A stretch of DNA of 64,000 nt from Eledone cirrhosa (Eukaryota), in NCBI GenBank assembly GCA_964016885.1, contig OZ024740.1, forward strand, positions 129,146,001 to 129,210,000, given 5' to 3'. Shown here in pieces: positions 1 to 13,147 of this stretch. Below the pieces are notes generated by a model. The model made no database searches, was not told the DNA's origin, and saw only the letters and a list, made by a program, of their open reading frames with translations. Position 1 is the stretch's first letter, and every line of letters begins with the position of its first letter. The position numbers and the translations under genes are program-made.

Positions 1-1486
1 AGGAGGTTTGCGACCCCCTGCATTTTTGCGCTGAGGGCAGAAGGCTTGAAGATGCGTTGCTTCCCCGCAAACGAAGCAGCGTGGCCTTCTTCCGTCAATC
101 ATTAGTTGGATTGTTGTCCCGTCCTGCAGGCGGGCAAAATCTGCGATGTTATTCATGTCCTCCGGTTTCATTTGGAGAAGAATCTCCAAATCCATTCCGG
201 ACCAGTCCTCTCTCTCTGTCCTTTTGATGTCCAGGAGGGTGGTGTCTGTCCCCTCCTCGATTACGCATCCCAGCAGCCACCATATGTTCATTCCTGGTGG
301 GATGTTGGGAATGCGTACCTTCACTGTCCTTTTACCCATATAGGGCGGATGCATGATAATGCGTTCCGTTCTGCAGGGGGTCACCGAGTGCTTAATAGCG
401 AGGGCCTCGGTTTTGAACAGTACCGAGATGGTACTGAACTGTTTGCCTTTTGCTTTGTACTCTATGTTACTTCCAATGTACTCCAAAGCAGCCTCTACCT
501 CTGCTTGGCTCGCAAGTTCCACTTTTCGTGTCTGCACCGAAATACATCGAAAGAGCACCGACCTCCTTTGCATGGCCCCTATTGCCTCGTCCGGGATGGT
601 CAGGTTTGCCCAGGACTTCTCCCGTTTAATTAGCCTCCACGCTTTGGCCAACTGTTCTTCTTTATCGCTAATATCAATATCAATATTCAATAAGCGCTTT
701 GATTTTGCTGCTGCTGCAGAAAATGTGGTGTTTCTTATGCTCTTATTGTTGTTGTTGTCATTCTTGCTGTTGCCACCACCATCCTTGTTTACATTGAAGC
801 TGTCGGTGTTATTGTCGTTATTGCTCCTAGGGCGGTGGATTGGCAGTATCGGTAGAGAGTCGGACACCATGCTTTCCAGCATAGTTACGTCCCTTTACGA
901 TCTGTGTTCAAATCCCGCCGAGGTTGACTTTGCCTTTCATCCTTACGGGGTCGATAAAATAAAGTACCAGTAATGCACTGGATAGTTGCTGGCCTTGTGC
1001 CTAATGTAGAAACAGTTATTGATCTGAGTTGTTGTTGTGGTGGTGGTGGTGGTGGTGGCGGTGTTGGTCATGTCGTTTTCAGATGATACTGCTGCTATAG
1101 CAGAAGGTTGTGATGGTAGCTTTTTAGTTTTGCTTTCACATTCAGTAGAGTGGGTGACAGGCATGACTGTAGCCGTCGTAGTCGTGGTGAAATCGGCAGT
1201 GGCTGCCTTTAAACTTTTGACCTGAACGTTGTTTACCGTTTCAAGGTCGAAAATTTCCATAATTTTTTTTTTGGTGGGGAAGCGATTTTTTTCTAAGTTT
1301 TTAAAAAATAAATCTGAATATTCGGTCTTAAAGCCCGAATATTGAAAGGTATCCCTCTCTTTAAATCAAGATGTGTACCTTAAGTTTCGTTAATGACAAG
1401 AAAATACACAAAAAGACCCTTTAAAACAGCTTAAAGCTACGAATCTTTCCCCCCGCAGACTTGTCTGTCTTCACACATGTGCCGCC

Positions 1487-1487
<1 letters not shown>
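1..1487 (-). mobile_element. 5' part (5'UTR + ORF1) of Tx1/L1-type non-LTR retrotransposon, runs off the window edge, interrupted by a SINE
   Basis: Minus-strand translation near position 100 gives GRRPRCFVCGEATHLQAFC (CX2CX4HX4C knuckle), homologous to GKRPKCFRCGSKTHIRAFC in ORF1 of the element at 3327-9288. ATG at 1260 with Thr-rich N-terminus; 5' end abuts (AAT)n. Confidence 0.8.
830..1020 (+). mobile_element. tRNA-derived SINE inserted in LINE ORF1
   Basis: A-box-like TGGCAGTATCGG, B-box GTTCAAATCCC, central GCCTTTCATCCTTACGGGGTCGATAAAATAAAGTACCAG, 3' GGCCTTGTGCC..TAGAAACA; about 10 related copies in the window. Confidence 0.9.

Positions 1488-1532
<45 letters not shown>
1488..1532. repeat. 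(AAT)n microsatellite at LINE junction
   Basis: Direct read; similar tracts at 3294-3326, 9289-9327, 10631-10655. Confidence 0.95.
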
Positions 1533-3293
1533 GAGATCTTCAAGGTGGCAGATAACATCAGGCAGTTGAGCAAAAGTATGAAGTCCTGGGAAACAGAGTT
1601 AACATCAACTGGAGAATCTTTGGGAAGCGTGAATATCAAGAGAGGTATCTTCCAGGGAGATAGTCTGTCCCCTCTGTTGTTTGTCTCTTGTCCTGATGCC
1701 CCTGACCAGTGTACTGCGAGAAGTGAGAGCAGGATACAGGTTGGGAAAGGGAGGGCTTACCATCAATCACCTCCTCTTCATGGACGATCTTAAGCTCTTC
1801 GGGAAGAGTGAGAAGGAGTTGGATGTGCTTGTTGACGCTGTCCGTATTTTCAGCAATGATATATGTACGCAATTTGGTATTACTAAGTGTGGAATCATTG
1901 TGATGAGGAGGGGAAAGTTGAGCAGAAGTAACGGAATCCAGATACCAACAGGTGAGATGATAAAAGAAATTGACTCTGAAGAAGGATACAAGTATTTGGG
2001 CGTTCTGGAGGCAGATGACATGAAGAACAAAAATAATGAAGGAATTGATAAGAACTGAACACCTTCGGAGAGTAAGGAGCGTATTAAAGTCACATCTGAA
2101 CAGTAGAAAGGCCATAAGTGCAGTAAATTCCCGAGCTGTGTCTATTATTAGGTACAGTGCGGGAATTCTGGGATGGAATGTTGCTGAACAAAAAGAAATG
2201 GATAGGAAGACTAGGAAGCTATTGACTATCTACAATATGTTCCACAAGAGGAGTGATGTCGATAGACTCTACTTAAGGAGATCTGAGGGTGGAAGAGGTC
2301 TTATCAGCATAGAGGACTGTGTTCAGATGGAGAAAAACAACCTACACAAATACGTGACTGATAGTAAGGAGCCAATGCTCAGAGCTGTACTGAAGGAGGG
2401 GACAATAGGCCAGGGGATGTCCAAGGAGGAAATAACATCAAGGAGAAAGAGCAGCGTTCAGGAAAAATCCCTTCATAGTACCTTCTTTGAGAAAACTGAA
2501 TTTAGATATCCACAGAGATGGAACTGGTTGAAAAGAGGAGACCTTAAAAAGGCTACAGAAGGAATGTTAATGGCTGCGCAGGAGCAGGCCCTCAAAACGA
2601 AGTGGTTGAAACACCACATTTACAAGGAGGAGGCTAGCCCACTGTGCAGGATCTGTGGAGAGAGAGAGGAGACTGTGGCTCACATTGTATCCGAGTGTAA
2701 ACACCTAGCCCAGACTCACTGTAAGGGCTGGAGACATGATGTGATGGGCAGGCTGATCCACTGGCACCTATGCAAAGTAAACAATTTACCACATTCTGAG
2801 AAGTTAGTATGAGCATAAGCCAGAGGCGGTGATAGAAAACGATCAGGTGAGGGTGCTGTGGGATTTTAGGAGACAGACGGACAAGAAACTGGAACACAAT
2901 AGACCTGACCTGGTGGTTGTGGACAAAGAAAAAAGATCGTGCCTGATTGTGGATGTGGCCTTCCCATTCGACACGAGAGTGCGAGAGAAGGAGAGGGAGA
3001 AAATTAACCGATACCAGGACTTAAAGTGGGAGGTAAAAAGGATTTGGAACTGCCATGAAGTCAAAGTGATCCCGATTGTCATAGGCGCACTAGGGACTAT
3101 CTCCAAAGGTTTCCAGGGATGGTTAAAGAAAATTGGCCCTTCACGCTTTTTGGAACGCTTCAAAAAGCATGCTTTCTGGGAACAGCAAGAACCCTCCGAT
3201 ACGTCCTGAATATCTGAGGCTGCAGGTAGTGGCTTGATATTCATCTCAACAAACTTTCCAGTTAACTAACATCAATGACTGAGATTCAAAGTG
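1533..3293 (+). mobile_element. 5'-truncated, frameshifted R4/Dong-like LINE (RT + zinc knuckle + restriction-like endonuclease)
   Basis: RGIFQGDSLSPLLF, NHLLFMDDLKL, YKYLG, GGRGL, CRICG..ETVAHIVSEC, RHD, NRPDLVVVD..IVDVA, VIPIVIGALG across ORFs 1545-3209; (AAT)n tail. Confidence 0.88.
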
Positions 3294-3567
3294 TAATAAC
3301 AATAATAATAATAATAACAATAATAATTTCTTTATTAAACAAAAGGGTTTACATAAAGTAGAAATTAAGGACAGTGCAGGACAATACAGGACGGTACAAG
3401 TGGGCATTTCTGCTTGTAAAAAAACAGAGGAAGTAATAAAATAACAAAGAAAAATTCCCCAATAGGGGGGAGACTTCCGAGGGACATTTGTGGAGAAAGC
3501 CCATTAAAAGACCACAGTGACCCTGACCACCAGGGCAAGTGCCTTCTCCCAGTTTTCCACCTTTAAT

Positions 3568-6500
3568 TTACAGACAAATACTCAGAGTAGGCCCATTCAC
3601 TCGGGCCATACTTGCTTCTCTCACCCATCTTTCAACAAAATGCTGGGAAGAGAGCACTTCACTCTCTACCCTGATTTTCCTTTTCAAATGAAATTTGAAA
3701 AAGTTAATCAGGGCATCACCGAAGAGGTAAGTGCTCGTCTTCAGCCCTTTCAAACGTGTCCACCATACTATCATTTTCGCCATGGCCACCAGACAGATAA
3801 AAACGTCCTGCCCTTCCCGGCTAAAGGAAGAGGGCGGGGCAATCCTCACGATGGACTCAGCTGATAGCTGGATCCGTCCTACACGTGACAGCAGGTGTTC
3901 GACATAAACCCACAAGTCAGCAATGCTCGGACACCGGACGAGTGCGTGTAGGACGGTTTCGTCGCCCTGCGCGCATCTCGGACATGCCCGGCTGACGGCA
4001 CTTCCATACCTGTAGAGTGTATCCCGAACTGGCAAAGCTCCCCGGTAGCACTGGCAGGCCAGGGATTTCTGAAAGTTATCCATAGGCCCCGGCCCGAAAG
4101 TCCGTCCTAAGAGATTGGCTAGTTGATTTTCGTCGACGCCTAGAGTTTCTTCAAGTACGTCGTCGCTCTTCACCTCCACTAATCCTCTATAGAACGCCGA
4201 GGTGGAGTTTCCACCGATCACATTGCCCGATTGGTCGAGGGCTGTGAGCGCCTGCAGACAATCCAGTCTCCAGGCGCTCCCTGTCGGTCTTCACTTGACC
4301 CAAGACTGCAGCTCCCTCAAGGAAACGAGCTGGAAAAGTACGTGTCTAGCAAACGACGACCACACCTGATCACCATCGAGGAAGAGGTGGAGATGTCGTA
4401 ACCTGAGCGCTTGTTTGCGAATAATCACACGGCATTCCCAGCCCTCCACGTAGCGGGTGTTGACAGCAGATGGACCGCCTGACCATCGGAGCGTGTCCCT
4501 TCCACAAAAAGCGAAAGAGCAAACGCTCCAGCGCAGTCAGACGGGCCTTAGGACAAGGTACGACGGTCAGGCGGGAGCAGATGACAGACGCGATATACGC
4601 GATAGACACCTCCGCTCGACCTTACAGGGATAGCTTCCTCTCCGCCCATTTCTGGTTGAGAGAAGCCACCCTGCTCGTCACCTCGTCCCAGTTTTTGTCC
4701 ATCTGGAGGTCCGGACCGAACCAAACCCATAGCAATTTAACCGGTCCGTCCGTCCAGCGTCCGACGACACTGTTGGACGGCATGGACCTGTCTCTCCAGG
4801 TGCCGAGTTGCAGGCCCACTGACTTTTCCTGGTTGATCATTGCTCCTGTCACCGCTTCGTATTCTCTTAGTGTAGTGCCGATCGCCTCGATGTGTTTGGC
4901 GTTCGACACCACTACGATGACATCGTCCGCATATGCTGACACGGATCTTCCGCATCCTATTTCGCGCGGGACGCCCCTCGAGGCCTCCAGTTTGTGCAGT
5001 AATGGCTCCAGAGTCAATACGTACAAGAGGGACGAAGGGGGACATCCTTAGCGGACCGAGCGCATGATGTTGAACGGTTCCGAAAGGTGACCGTTCACTC
5101 TCACTACAGAGCAGATGTCGATGTGCATAGCAGCTGTCCAGCCTCTGAAGACGGGCCCAAAGCCAGCCGTCCTCAGGACTGCCGCTAGGTAACGATGGTC
5201 GACCCTATCGAAAGGTTCGACTGATCTAAATTGATCAATGTCCCATCCGTGTCAGGTTCCCTCGCTACCCTCTCTACGATCTATCGCATGAGGTGGAGGT
5301 TGTCGTGGATGGATCTGTCGGGAATGGCGCATGTCTGCGCCTCTCCCACCAGACCACCAACGACAAGCGCCAACCTCTTTGCTATCACCTTGGCCAAAAT
5401 CTTGAACTCTGTGTTTAGCAGAGTTATGGGCCTGAAATTATCTATGTTATCCCCCTTGTTCGGATCCTTTCTCAGCAGTGCCACCGCTCCTCGGCTCACA
5501 GAACTGGGAATTCTCCCGTTCTGTTTCCAGTTGCAGTAGACGTCCGCCAAGAGGCCTCCGAACAAGTCTAGCATCAGTACGTAAAGTTCATAGAGCAGAC
5601 CATCCAAACCAGGCTATTTACCCCTTGTGCAGCCAGTCATTGCCTCCTTTACTTCAGGGGCTGTTATCGGCTTTTCGCAACACTCCACCTCAGTGGCCGA
5701 GAGCCGCGGCAGTCCGTCGAGGTAGACACTAAAGTCCATCCCTCGACCCTGCCCACCGCTGCCCCCGAACAGCTGAGCGAAGTGTCGCTGAAAAGCTTCA
5801 CACATTTGTCCGGGATCGAGTAACATGCGCCCGTCGTGGTCCAACAAAGACCGGATCGTGGCTTTGTTGCCACGACGCGCCTCCGCCACTCGGGCCCATT
5901 GAACGGCTTTTGTCCCCTCGTATCTGAGAGCACGCACCCTAGCTCTGACAACGCACCCTTCGTGCTTTGCATTGAAGAATTGGTCAAGAGACAATTTCGC
6001 CGCAAGCACGTCGATCGCAATGCCTTTGCTAAGCGCCTCGTCTAATTTTCTAACGAGTTCTCCCTCGGCTCTATTTTTCTCTATTGCTAAAGCCTTACTA
6101 AACCTAATCGATTCTATTCTAATCGCTCTTTTCAGAGCAAACAACCACTTGTTGTTGACGATGGCCTCCGTCAACGCCCGCTTAAATAGTTCGCTAATCC
6201 GGTCTCTGTCGGACTTGCGCGCTGGTAAGGACGCGTTTAACTTCCAGTAGCCGGGTCCTCGTCTATGAAGCCTATCTAAGTCAAGCACACAGATCACGAA
6301 TTTGTGGTCCGTGTAGCTGACTATCTTGAATTGTGGACAGCCTATGCTACACCTATCTATTTCCCTACAAAATACTCTATCTAGATATGATCTGGATGAC
6401 CCAATGCGATTTGTCCAAGTCCACATTGGCACATTCGGGAAATCCAATCGGTACCTGTCAGACAGTTCAAAACGCCTGAGCAGCTTGGTGAGGCTCTTGC

Positions 6501-6903
6501 ATCCTCCACCCCTATCCGCTAATCCCTCACAGTCACAGCGTGCATCTAAGATCCCGTTCCAGTCGCCCACTGACACTAAAGAGCCTGAAAGCTTGACGGT
6601 CTCCGCTGGTCACGTCCAGCACCACCAACTTACCCTCTGGGTCCAGGAAGATGGCCCGTATGGCGAGATCCAAACCTCTCCCAAAAAGCACAGCAACTCC
6701 TCCCCCCGATCCAGGACGGCTGGGAGATGCGTACACACGTAGCCGCCGAAGATCGGTGCGAAGGCCCGTGCTTCGGAGATTCTGGCCTCGCTGATGGCCA
6801 CTACATCTATGTTTAGTGACCTGAGGTCGTTGAGCAGGTGACCCTGCTTCCATGACGACCCCAAGCCACGCGCATTTATGCTGCCTATTCTGATTGAAGT
6901 CAT
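3568..6903 (-). pseudogene. LINE ORF2 (APE endonuclease + reverse transcriptase), disrupted
   Basis: Collinear ORF pieces 6610-6903, 5614-6576, 5281-5607, 4622-5026, 4370-4609, 3568-4221 give APE-RT-Cys domain order. Confidence 0.88.
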
Positions 6904-6938
6904 GTTTAAAATAGAGTGGAAAAGATGGGAAAGACCAC

Positions 6939-9072
6939 TTATCGTACTTTTCGTAGAGGAAGGATGGTTTTTCCATCCCTTTTCACTTGATCGTCTCGTG
7001 AAGGGACCGTTGAATCGTCCCTTCGGCTGGTCGTCGGCTCTTCTATGAGTATGTCCGAATATACTCTTCGGTTGAGAGTCCCTCCTAGGTCTCTGAAATC
7101 ACCAACTGCGTTGGGGAATTTCGTTTTAATGTTTGTGTATTGTTTCTGTGCTATTTTTAGCAGTCTTATGTTAGTTGGTGTTTTGATTGGTGCTGGTATT
7201 ATGTAGTCGTGTTGTGAAATGTCTGTGTGTTCAATTATGTAACTCATTAGTTTCTTGTTGTGTGTATTTATTACCGTGCATTTGTTTTTCTGGGGGTGGG
7301 GTGTGGTTCTGCTATTTTCTTGTCGTTGTTGCTGGGTGTGTGTGTTTTGTTATTGTGTTTGCGATGTTGGTGCTTTTGGTGGTGGTGTTGAAGGTGTTGT
7401 TGTTGTTGGCGGTGGGGTTGTCGCCGGTGGCGATGGTGGTGCTAGTGTGGGTGGTGATGGTGTTGATGGTGTTGCTGCTGTGAGTCTCTTTGCAGTAGCC
7501 TTTACCCTTTTTTCATTTCTTTCCTCCCTTTTCGAAGGCGACGATGCGCTGCTTCTGCGTTTGTGCCTTCTGACGACCTTTTGCCATCCCTCTCCCACCT
7601 CACACTCCATGTCTGATTCTGTGAGGTTGGGGATGGGTTCCAGCTCCACTCTTTCACTTGTTTTTGTTGGTGATGTTTGCACTGGAGTCTCTGTTGCAGC
7701 TGCATTTGGTATTGCTGTCGTTGTTAATACTTCCACTGCTGCTGCTGTTTTTGATTTCCGTGGTGTGGGTATGGGTCCCACGGACCTATCGTTCCTGGTT
7801 GCCGCTTGTCCTGTTGCTGGTAGCCGTGGAGCCGGTTTCGGAAGGAGGGGGCTTTACTGCTTTCTCAGGGTCTGCTCGTTGCAGAAGGCCCTTATGTGAG
7901 TCTTCGATCCACAGCGAAAGCATTTCGGGCGTTTGCCCTCAACACTTATGGGCAGTTGAGTGCCGGTATCGAAGTCTATCACATCGGGGATTTCTTCGAT
8001 GCACTCTTGGTTGGTTTGGATTAACATCTCAATGGCGGTGCCGACCCAATCTTCTCTTACTTTTTTCTGTACTTGCAGTACAGTTGTTTTGTCCTCGATT
8101 CCGACGAGCACAGACGCAGCCAGCCAAGAAGGGGCCATCCCGGGGGGGTACGTGGGTGAGTTTGACCCTCACAATTTTTTGCCCGCAGTAGGAGGGCACC
8201 AACACCATTTCCTCGCTCCTTAGGGTCACTAAGGATTGAGCCTTTGCCTCCTGAGGTGTGGCAAAAAGCACGTCTACGGTGGCATATTTCTTGCCTCAGG
8301 CGATGTGCGTTTTCCGCTGCCACAAATACCCTAAGGCTTTTTTGTATTTGAGTCTCTGTGGCCCTTTCAAACCTACGGGATGTTGTGCTTACTGTACGGT
8401 ACGTGACCGTACAGTGCTGTTGGGTTTCGAAAATTTTTTCGGCTGCCTTGCAGATTGCTCGGTGTCCTGTTTTTGTCACCATCTTCTTCGCTTCCTCTAA
8501 TTCATGATTTGTTATGAGGATGGTTTCCAGGTTCTTTGCGATACGTGCAAACGGGATTGGTTTTCTTTGCTGCTGCTGTTGTTGTTGTTGTTGTCGTCAG
8601 AGCTGTTGTTACTTTTGTTGTTGCTGCAAGTACTACGACTACTGCAGCCGCCGCTGTTGCTGTGGTTGTTGTTGCTGCTGCTGCTGTTGTTGTTGCTGCT
8701 AATGCTGATGTTGTTTATGCTGCTGCTGCTGATGCTATTGCGGCTGCTATTGTTGTTTTCCTTGTCACTGTTGCTGCTGCTGCTGTTATTACGGCTGCAA
8801 CTGCTATTATTCCTGACGTCAGACGAATGAAATGGGTTTTCGTATTTCCCGCACACCTTTTTCGTCGTTGTCGTTGTCGTCGTGGAGAAATATTGCACGC
8901 TTTGTACGTGATTTTTCTTTTCTGGCGTCGCTTGCGAAATAGAAGGGAGGGAGAGAGACATATTTAGAGAAGGGAGGGTGAGAGACAATCTTCTCTCTGC
9001 TGTAGTCACGATTGAGGAAAAAGAAGACGGAATGAGTGGGAGTGACCTATGAAAATTCTTTTTCGTAGCCAT
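6939..9072 (-). pseudogene. LINE ORF1 (gag-like, CCHC knuckle, Asn/Ser/Thr/Pro low-complexity tracts), frameshifted
   Basis: Pieces 8512-9108, 8029-8482, 7854-8138 (CFRCGSKTHIRAFC), 7350-7781; 6939-7247 is tentatively its C-terminus. Confidence 0.7.
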
Positions 9073-9326
9073 GTTTTTTATTCTGTTTAAAATAAATATT
9101 GGGCACAAAACCCCAATAAGCGGTTATTTAACCCCGAATGGCTAAATAACGGGCAGAAAGACCCCTTTTACGAGGAGGAGGGTGTTTTTGTCTACAAGTT
9201 GGTTAAACTTTTAAACAATTTACAATTGTTATAGCTATCAAAATTTACAATACCTTACAGAGCCGAGCCTCCGTCAACCATAGCATTCAATAATAATAAT
9301 AATAATAATAAAAATAATAATAATAA

Positions 9327-10630
9327 TTGACACTGAAGAAGGATACAAGTATTTTGGCGTTCTGGAGGCTCATGACATCAATAACAAAAAAATGAGGGAA
9401 TTGATAAGATCTGAATACATTCGGAGAGTAAGGAGCGTATTAAAGTCACATCTGAAGAGTAGGAATGTCATAAGTGCAGTAAATTCCCGAGCTGTGTCTA
9501 TTATTAGGTACAGTGCGGGAATTCAAGAAATGGATAGGAAGACTAGGAAGCTATTGACTATCTACAACATGTTCCACAAGAGGAGTGATGTCGATAGTCT
9601 CTACTTAAGGAGATCTGAAGGTGGAATAGGTCTTATCAGCATAAAAGACTGTGTTCAGATGGAGAAAAAGAACCTACACAAATACGTGACTGATAGTAAG
9701 GAGCCAATGCTCAGAACTGTACTGAAGGAGAGGACAATAGACCAGGGGATGTCCAGGGAGGAAATGACAACAAGGAGAAAGAGCTGTCTTCATGAAAAAT
9801 CCCTTCATAGTACCTTCTTTGAGAAAACTGAATTCAGAGATCCACAGACATGGAACTGGTTGAAAAGAGCAGACATTAAAAAGGCTACCAAAGGAATGCT
9901 AATGGCTGCGCAAGCGCAAGAGCAGGCCCTCAAAACGAAGGGGTTGAAACACCATATTTACAAGGAGGAGGCTAGCCCACTGTGCAGGATCTGTGGAGAG
10001 AAAGAGGAGATTGTGGCTCACATTGTATCCGAGTGTAAACACCTAGCCCAGACTCACTATAAGGGCTGGAGACATGATGTGATGGGCAGGGTGATCCACT
10101 GGCACCTATGCAAAGTAAACAATTTACCACATTCTGAGAAGTGGTATGAGTGTAAGCCAGATTCTGTGATAGAAAACGATCAGGTGAATGTACTGTGGGA
10201 TTTTAGGAGACAGACGGACAAGAAACTGGAACACAATAGACCTGACCTGGTGGTTTTGTACAAAGAAAAAAGTTCGTGCCTGATTGTGGATGTGGCCTGC
10301 CCATTCGACACGAGAGTGCAAGAGAAGGAGAGGGAGAACATTAACCGATACCAGGACTTAAAGTGGGAGGTAAAAAGGATTTGGAACTGCCATGAAGTCA
10401 AAGTGGTCCCGATTGTCATAGGCGCACTAGGTACTATCTCAAAAGGTTTCCAAGGATGGTTAAAGAAAATTGGCCCCGCCACGCTTTTTGGAACCCTTCA
10501 AAAGGCATGCTTGCTGGGAACAGCAAGAGCCCTCCGATACGTCCTGAATATCTGAGGCTGAAGGTATTGGCTTGATATTCATTTCAACAACACTTCCAGT
10601 TAAATAACATCAATGACTGAGACTCAAAGA
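9327..10630 (+). mobile_element. Second, shorter 5'-truncated copy of the R4/Dong-like LINE
   Basis: ORF 9392-10555 (387 aa) closely matches the 2036-3215 region incl. CRIC, RHD, PD..D endonuclease, LQKACLLGTA; same 3'UTR; (AAT)n on both sides. Confidence 0.9.
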
Positions 10631-10655
10631 ATGATAATAATAATAATAATAATGA

Positions 10656-13147
10656 TTTCTTTATTGGCCACAAGGGCTGACATCAAGAAAAACATTACAT
10701 ACGGCACAGGAGGGTACAGGACGGTACAGGACGGTACGATGGGGGTTGTTTTGTGCGTGTAAAATGTTTTATTATTTATATAAGAAAAGAAAAAGAAAAA
10801 AGACATAGAAACATATATATATATAAACAACAAAAATGAAAATTCAAACAATAAAAAATTCCCCAATAGGGGTGAAGGCTCCGAGTGTTACTCGTGGCGA
10901 AAAACCACACAAAAGACCACGGCCACCCTGACCACCATGGCAAGCGCCCGCTCTCAATTTTTCCATTTCTTAAACTACAGGAGCGGTCCGGTTCACTCGG
11001 ACCATTCTCGCCACTTTCACACACCTTTCAACAAACTTGCTAGAAGGCAGCACTTGCCTCTCCACCTTGAATTTACTCTTCAAGTGAAACTTGAAAAAGT
11101 TAATTAGGAATTCGCCGAAGAGGAAATTATCTCTCTTTAACCGATTCAACCTTGTCCACCACACAATCTCTTTCACCATGGCCACCAGGCAGATGAAAAC
11201 CGCCTGCCCTTCCTCCTCGAAGGACGTCGGCGAGACCATCTGCACAATGGACTCAGTCGATAGTCCTACAAGGATCAGTCCTACACGCGACAGCAACTGA
11301 TCGACATAGCTCCACAAGTCAGCAATGCTCGGGCACTGAACGAGTGCGTGCACGACGGTTTCGTCGCTCTGCAGGCATACGGACAGGCTCGACTGATGCC
11401 ACTTCCGTGCCTGTAGATCTTATCTCGAACCGGCAATGCTCCACGGTAGCACTGCCAGACCAGGGATTTTTGGAAGTTATCCATAGGCCCTGGGCTGAAA
11501 ATTTTCCTGAAGAGAGAAAACAGCTGTACTTCTTCGACTTTCAGGATCACTCCGGAAGCGTCGTCGTTCTTCCCCTCCACTGATCCTCTATAGAACGCTA
11601 AGGTGTATGTTCCACCGATACTGGTGCCCAGCTGGCAGAGGGCGGTGAGCGCCTGGAGACATTACAGTTTCCAAGCGCTATCACTCTGTCTTTTCCTGAC
11701 CCAGGACTGCAGCTCCCTCAAGGAGTCGAGCTGCGGGAAAACGTGCCTGGCGAACGGCGACCACACCTGTTCACCGTCAAGGTAGCACCAGAGATGTAGC
11801 AGCCTCAGCGTATGTTTGCGCATCATCAGCCATGGCAAGCGCAGTCCTCCACGCAACGGGTGTTGACAGACCACGGGAGTGCGTCCCCTCCACAAAAAGT
11901 GGAAGAGGAGGCGCTCCATTTTGGTGAGAGTTGGGACGGGGCAAGAGACGACGGTGAGGCGGTAGCAGATGACGGATGCGATGTACGCATTTGCCACCTA
12001 CGCCCGGCCTTTCAGGGACAGCTTCCTCTCGGCCCATTTCTGGGTGAGGCAGGCTACCCTGCTCGTCACCTCCCTCCAGTTTTTCTCCATCTGGGGGTCC
12101 GGTCCGAACCAGACCCCGAGAAATTTAACCGGTCCATCCGTCCAACGCCCCACGACGCTGTCGGACAGCATGGCCTTGCCTCTCCAGGTGACGAGCTGCA
12201 AGCCCACCGACTTTTCCTGGTTTATCTTTCCTCCTGTCACCACTTCGTATTCCTTGAGAGGGGTGCGGAGCATTTGGACGTGTCTGGTGCTTGATAAGAG
12301 AATGGTGACGTCGGCGGCGTAAGCCGACTCGGATTTCCCGCATCCTAGTTTACGTGTGACGCAACTCATCGCCCCCAATTTGAGCAGTAACGGCTCAAGA
12401 GCCAATACGTACAAGAGGCACGAGAGAGGATAACCATGGCGGACTGAGCGCATGATGCTGAACGGCTGCGACAGGTTCACCCTCACAACCGAGCAGATGT
12501 CGCTGTACATCTCAGCGATGCAACCCCTAAAAACGAGCCCGAAACCGGCTGCCGCGAGGACCGCCGCCAGGTACCGATGGTGGACCCTATCGAATGCTTT
12601 GGATTGATCCAAGTTGATCAGGACTCCACCCGTGCCAGGTTCCTTAACCACCCTCTCTACGATGTATCGCATGAGGTGGAGGTTGTCGTGTATGGATCTG
12701 CACCTCTGACACCAGACCCCCGACTACAAGCTCCAACCTCGTTGCTAACACCTTGGCAAAAATCTTGAACTCTGCGTATAGCACGGTTATGGGCTTCAAG
12801 TTATCGATAACATCCCCCTTGTTCGGATCTTTTCTCAGCAGCGCCAACGCTCGCCGGCTTACAAATATGGGAATGCTCCCGTTCTCCTGCCAGTTGCAGT
12901 AGACACCTGCGAAGAGGTCACCGAACAAGTATGGCATATATGCATAAAGCTCGTAGTGCAGACCATCTAAACCTGGCGATATACACCTCGTGCAGTTAGC
13001 CATCGCTTCCCGTATTTCGCAACCTGTTATTGGCTTTTTGCAACACTGTGCTGCAGTCGTCGAGAGCCGAGGCATTCCGTCGAGGTATGCACTGATGTCT
13101 ATACCCCGATCCAGCCTGCTCCCGAACAGTTCAGCAAAGTGCTGGCA
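10656..13147 (-). mobile_element. 5'-truncated Tx1/L1-type LINE (diverged relative of 3327-9288)
   Basis: SPGLDG, KPITVL, LDQSKAFDRV, SAYAADV, KFLGVWFG, same C-terminal domain; AATAAA + (ATT)n tail. Confidence 0.88.

Larger units (their letters stand above)
3327..9288 (-). mobile_element. Near full-length (~6 kb) degenerate Tx1/L1-clade LINE
   Basis: ORF1 fragments with CCHC knuckle; ORF2 APE motifs (GSINARGL, GDWN, SYLDRVF, YTDH), RT (FRPITLLN, SAYADDV), C-terminal CPRC..ETVLHAL..C; AATAAA then (ATT)n tail; several frameshifts/stops. Confidence 0.9.

Noticed and set aside
830-920. tRNA gene call for SINE heads
   Set aside because: A/B boxes present but no clean cloverleaf, and always fused to the SINE body.
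106-973. Plus-strand ORFs of 175 and 206 aa (and similar ones at 3517-8967, 11091-12768)
   Set aside because: Antisense shadows of minus-strand LINE ORFs.
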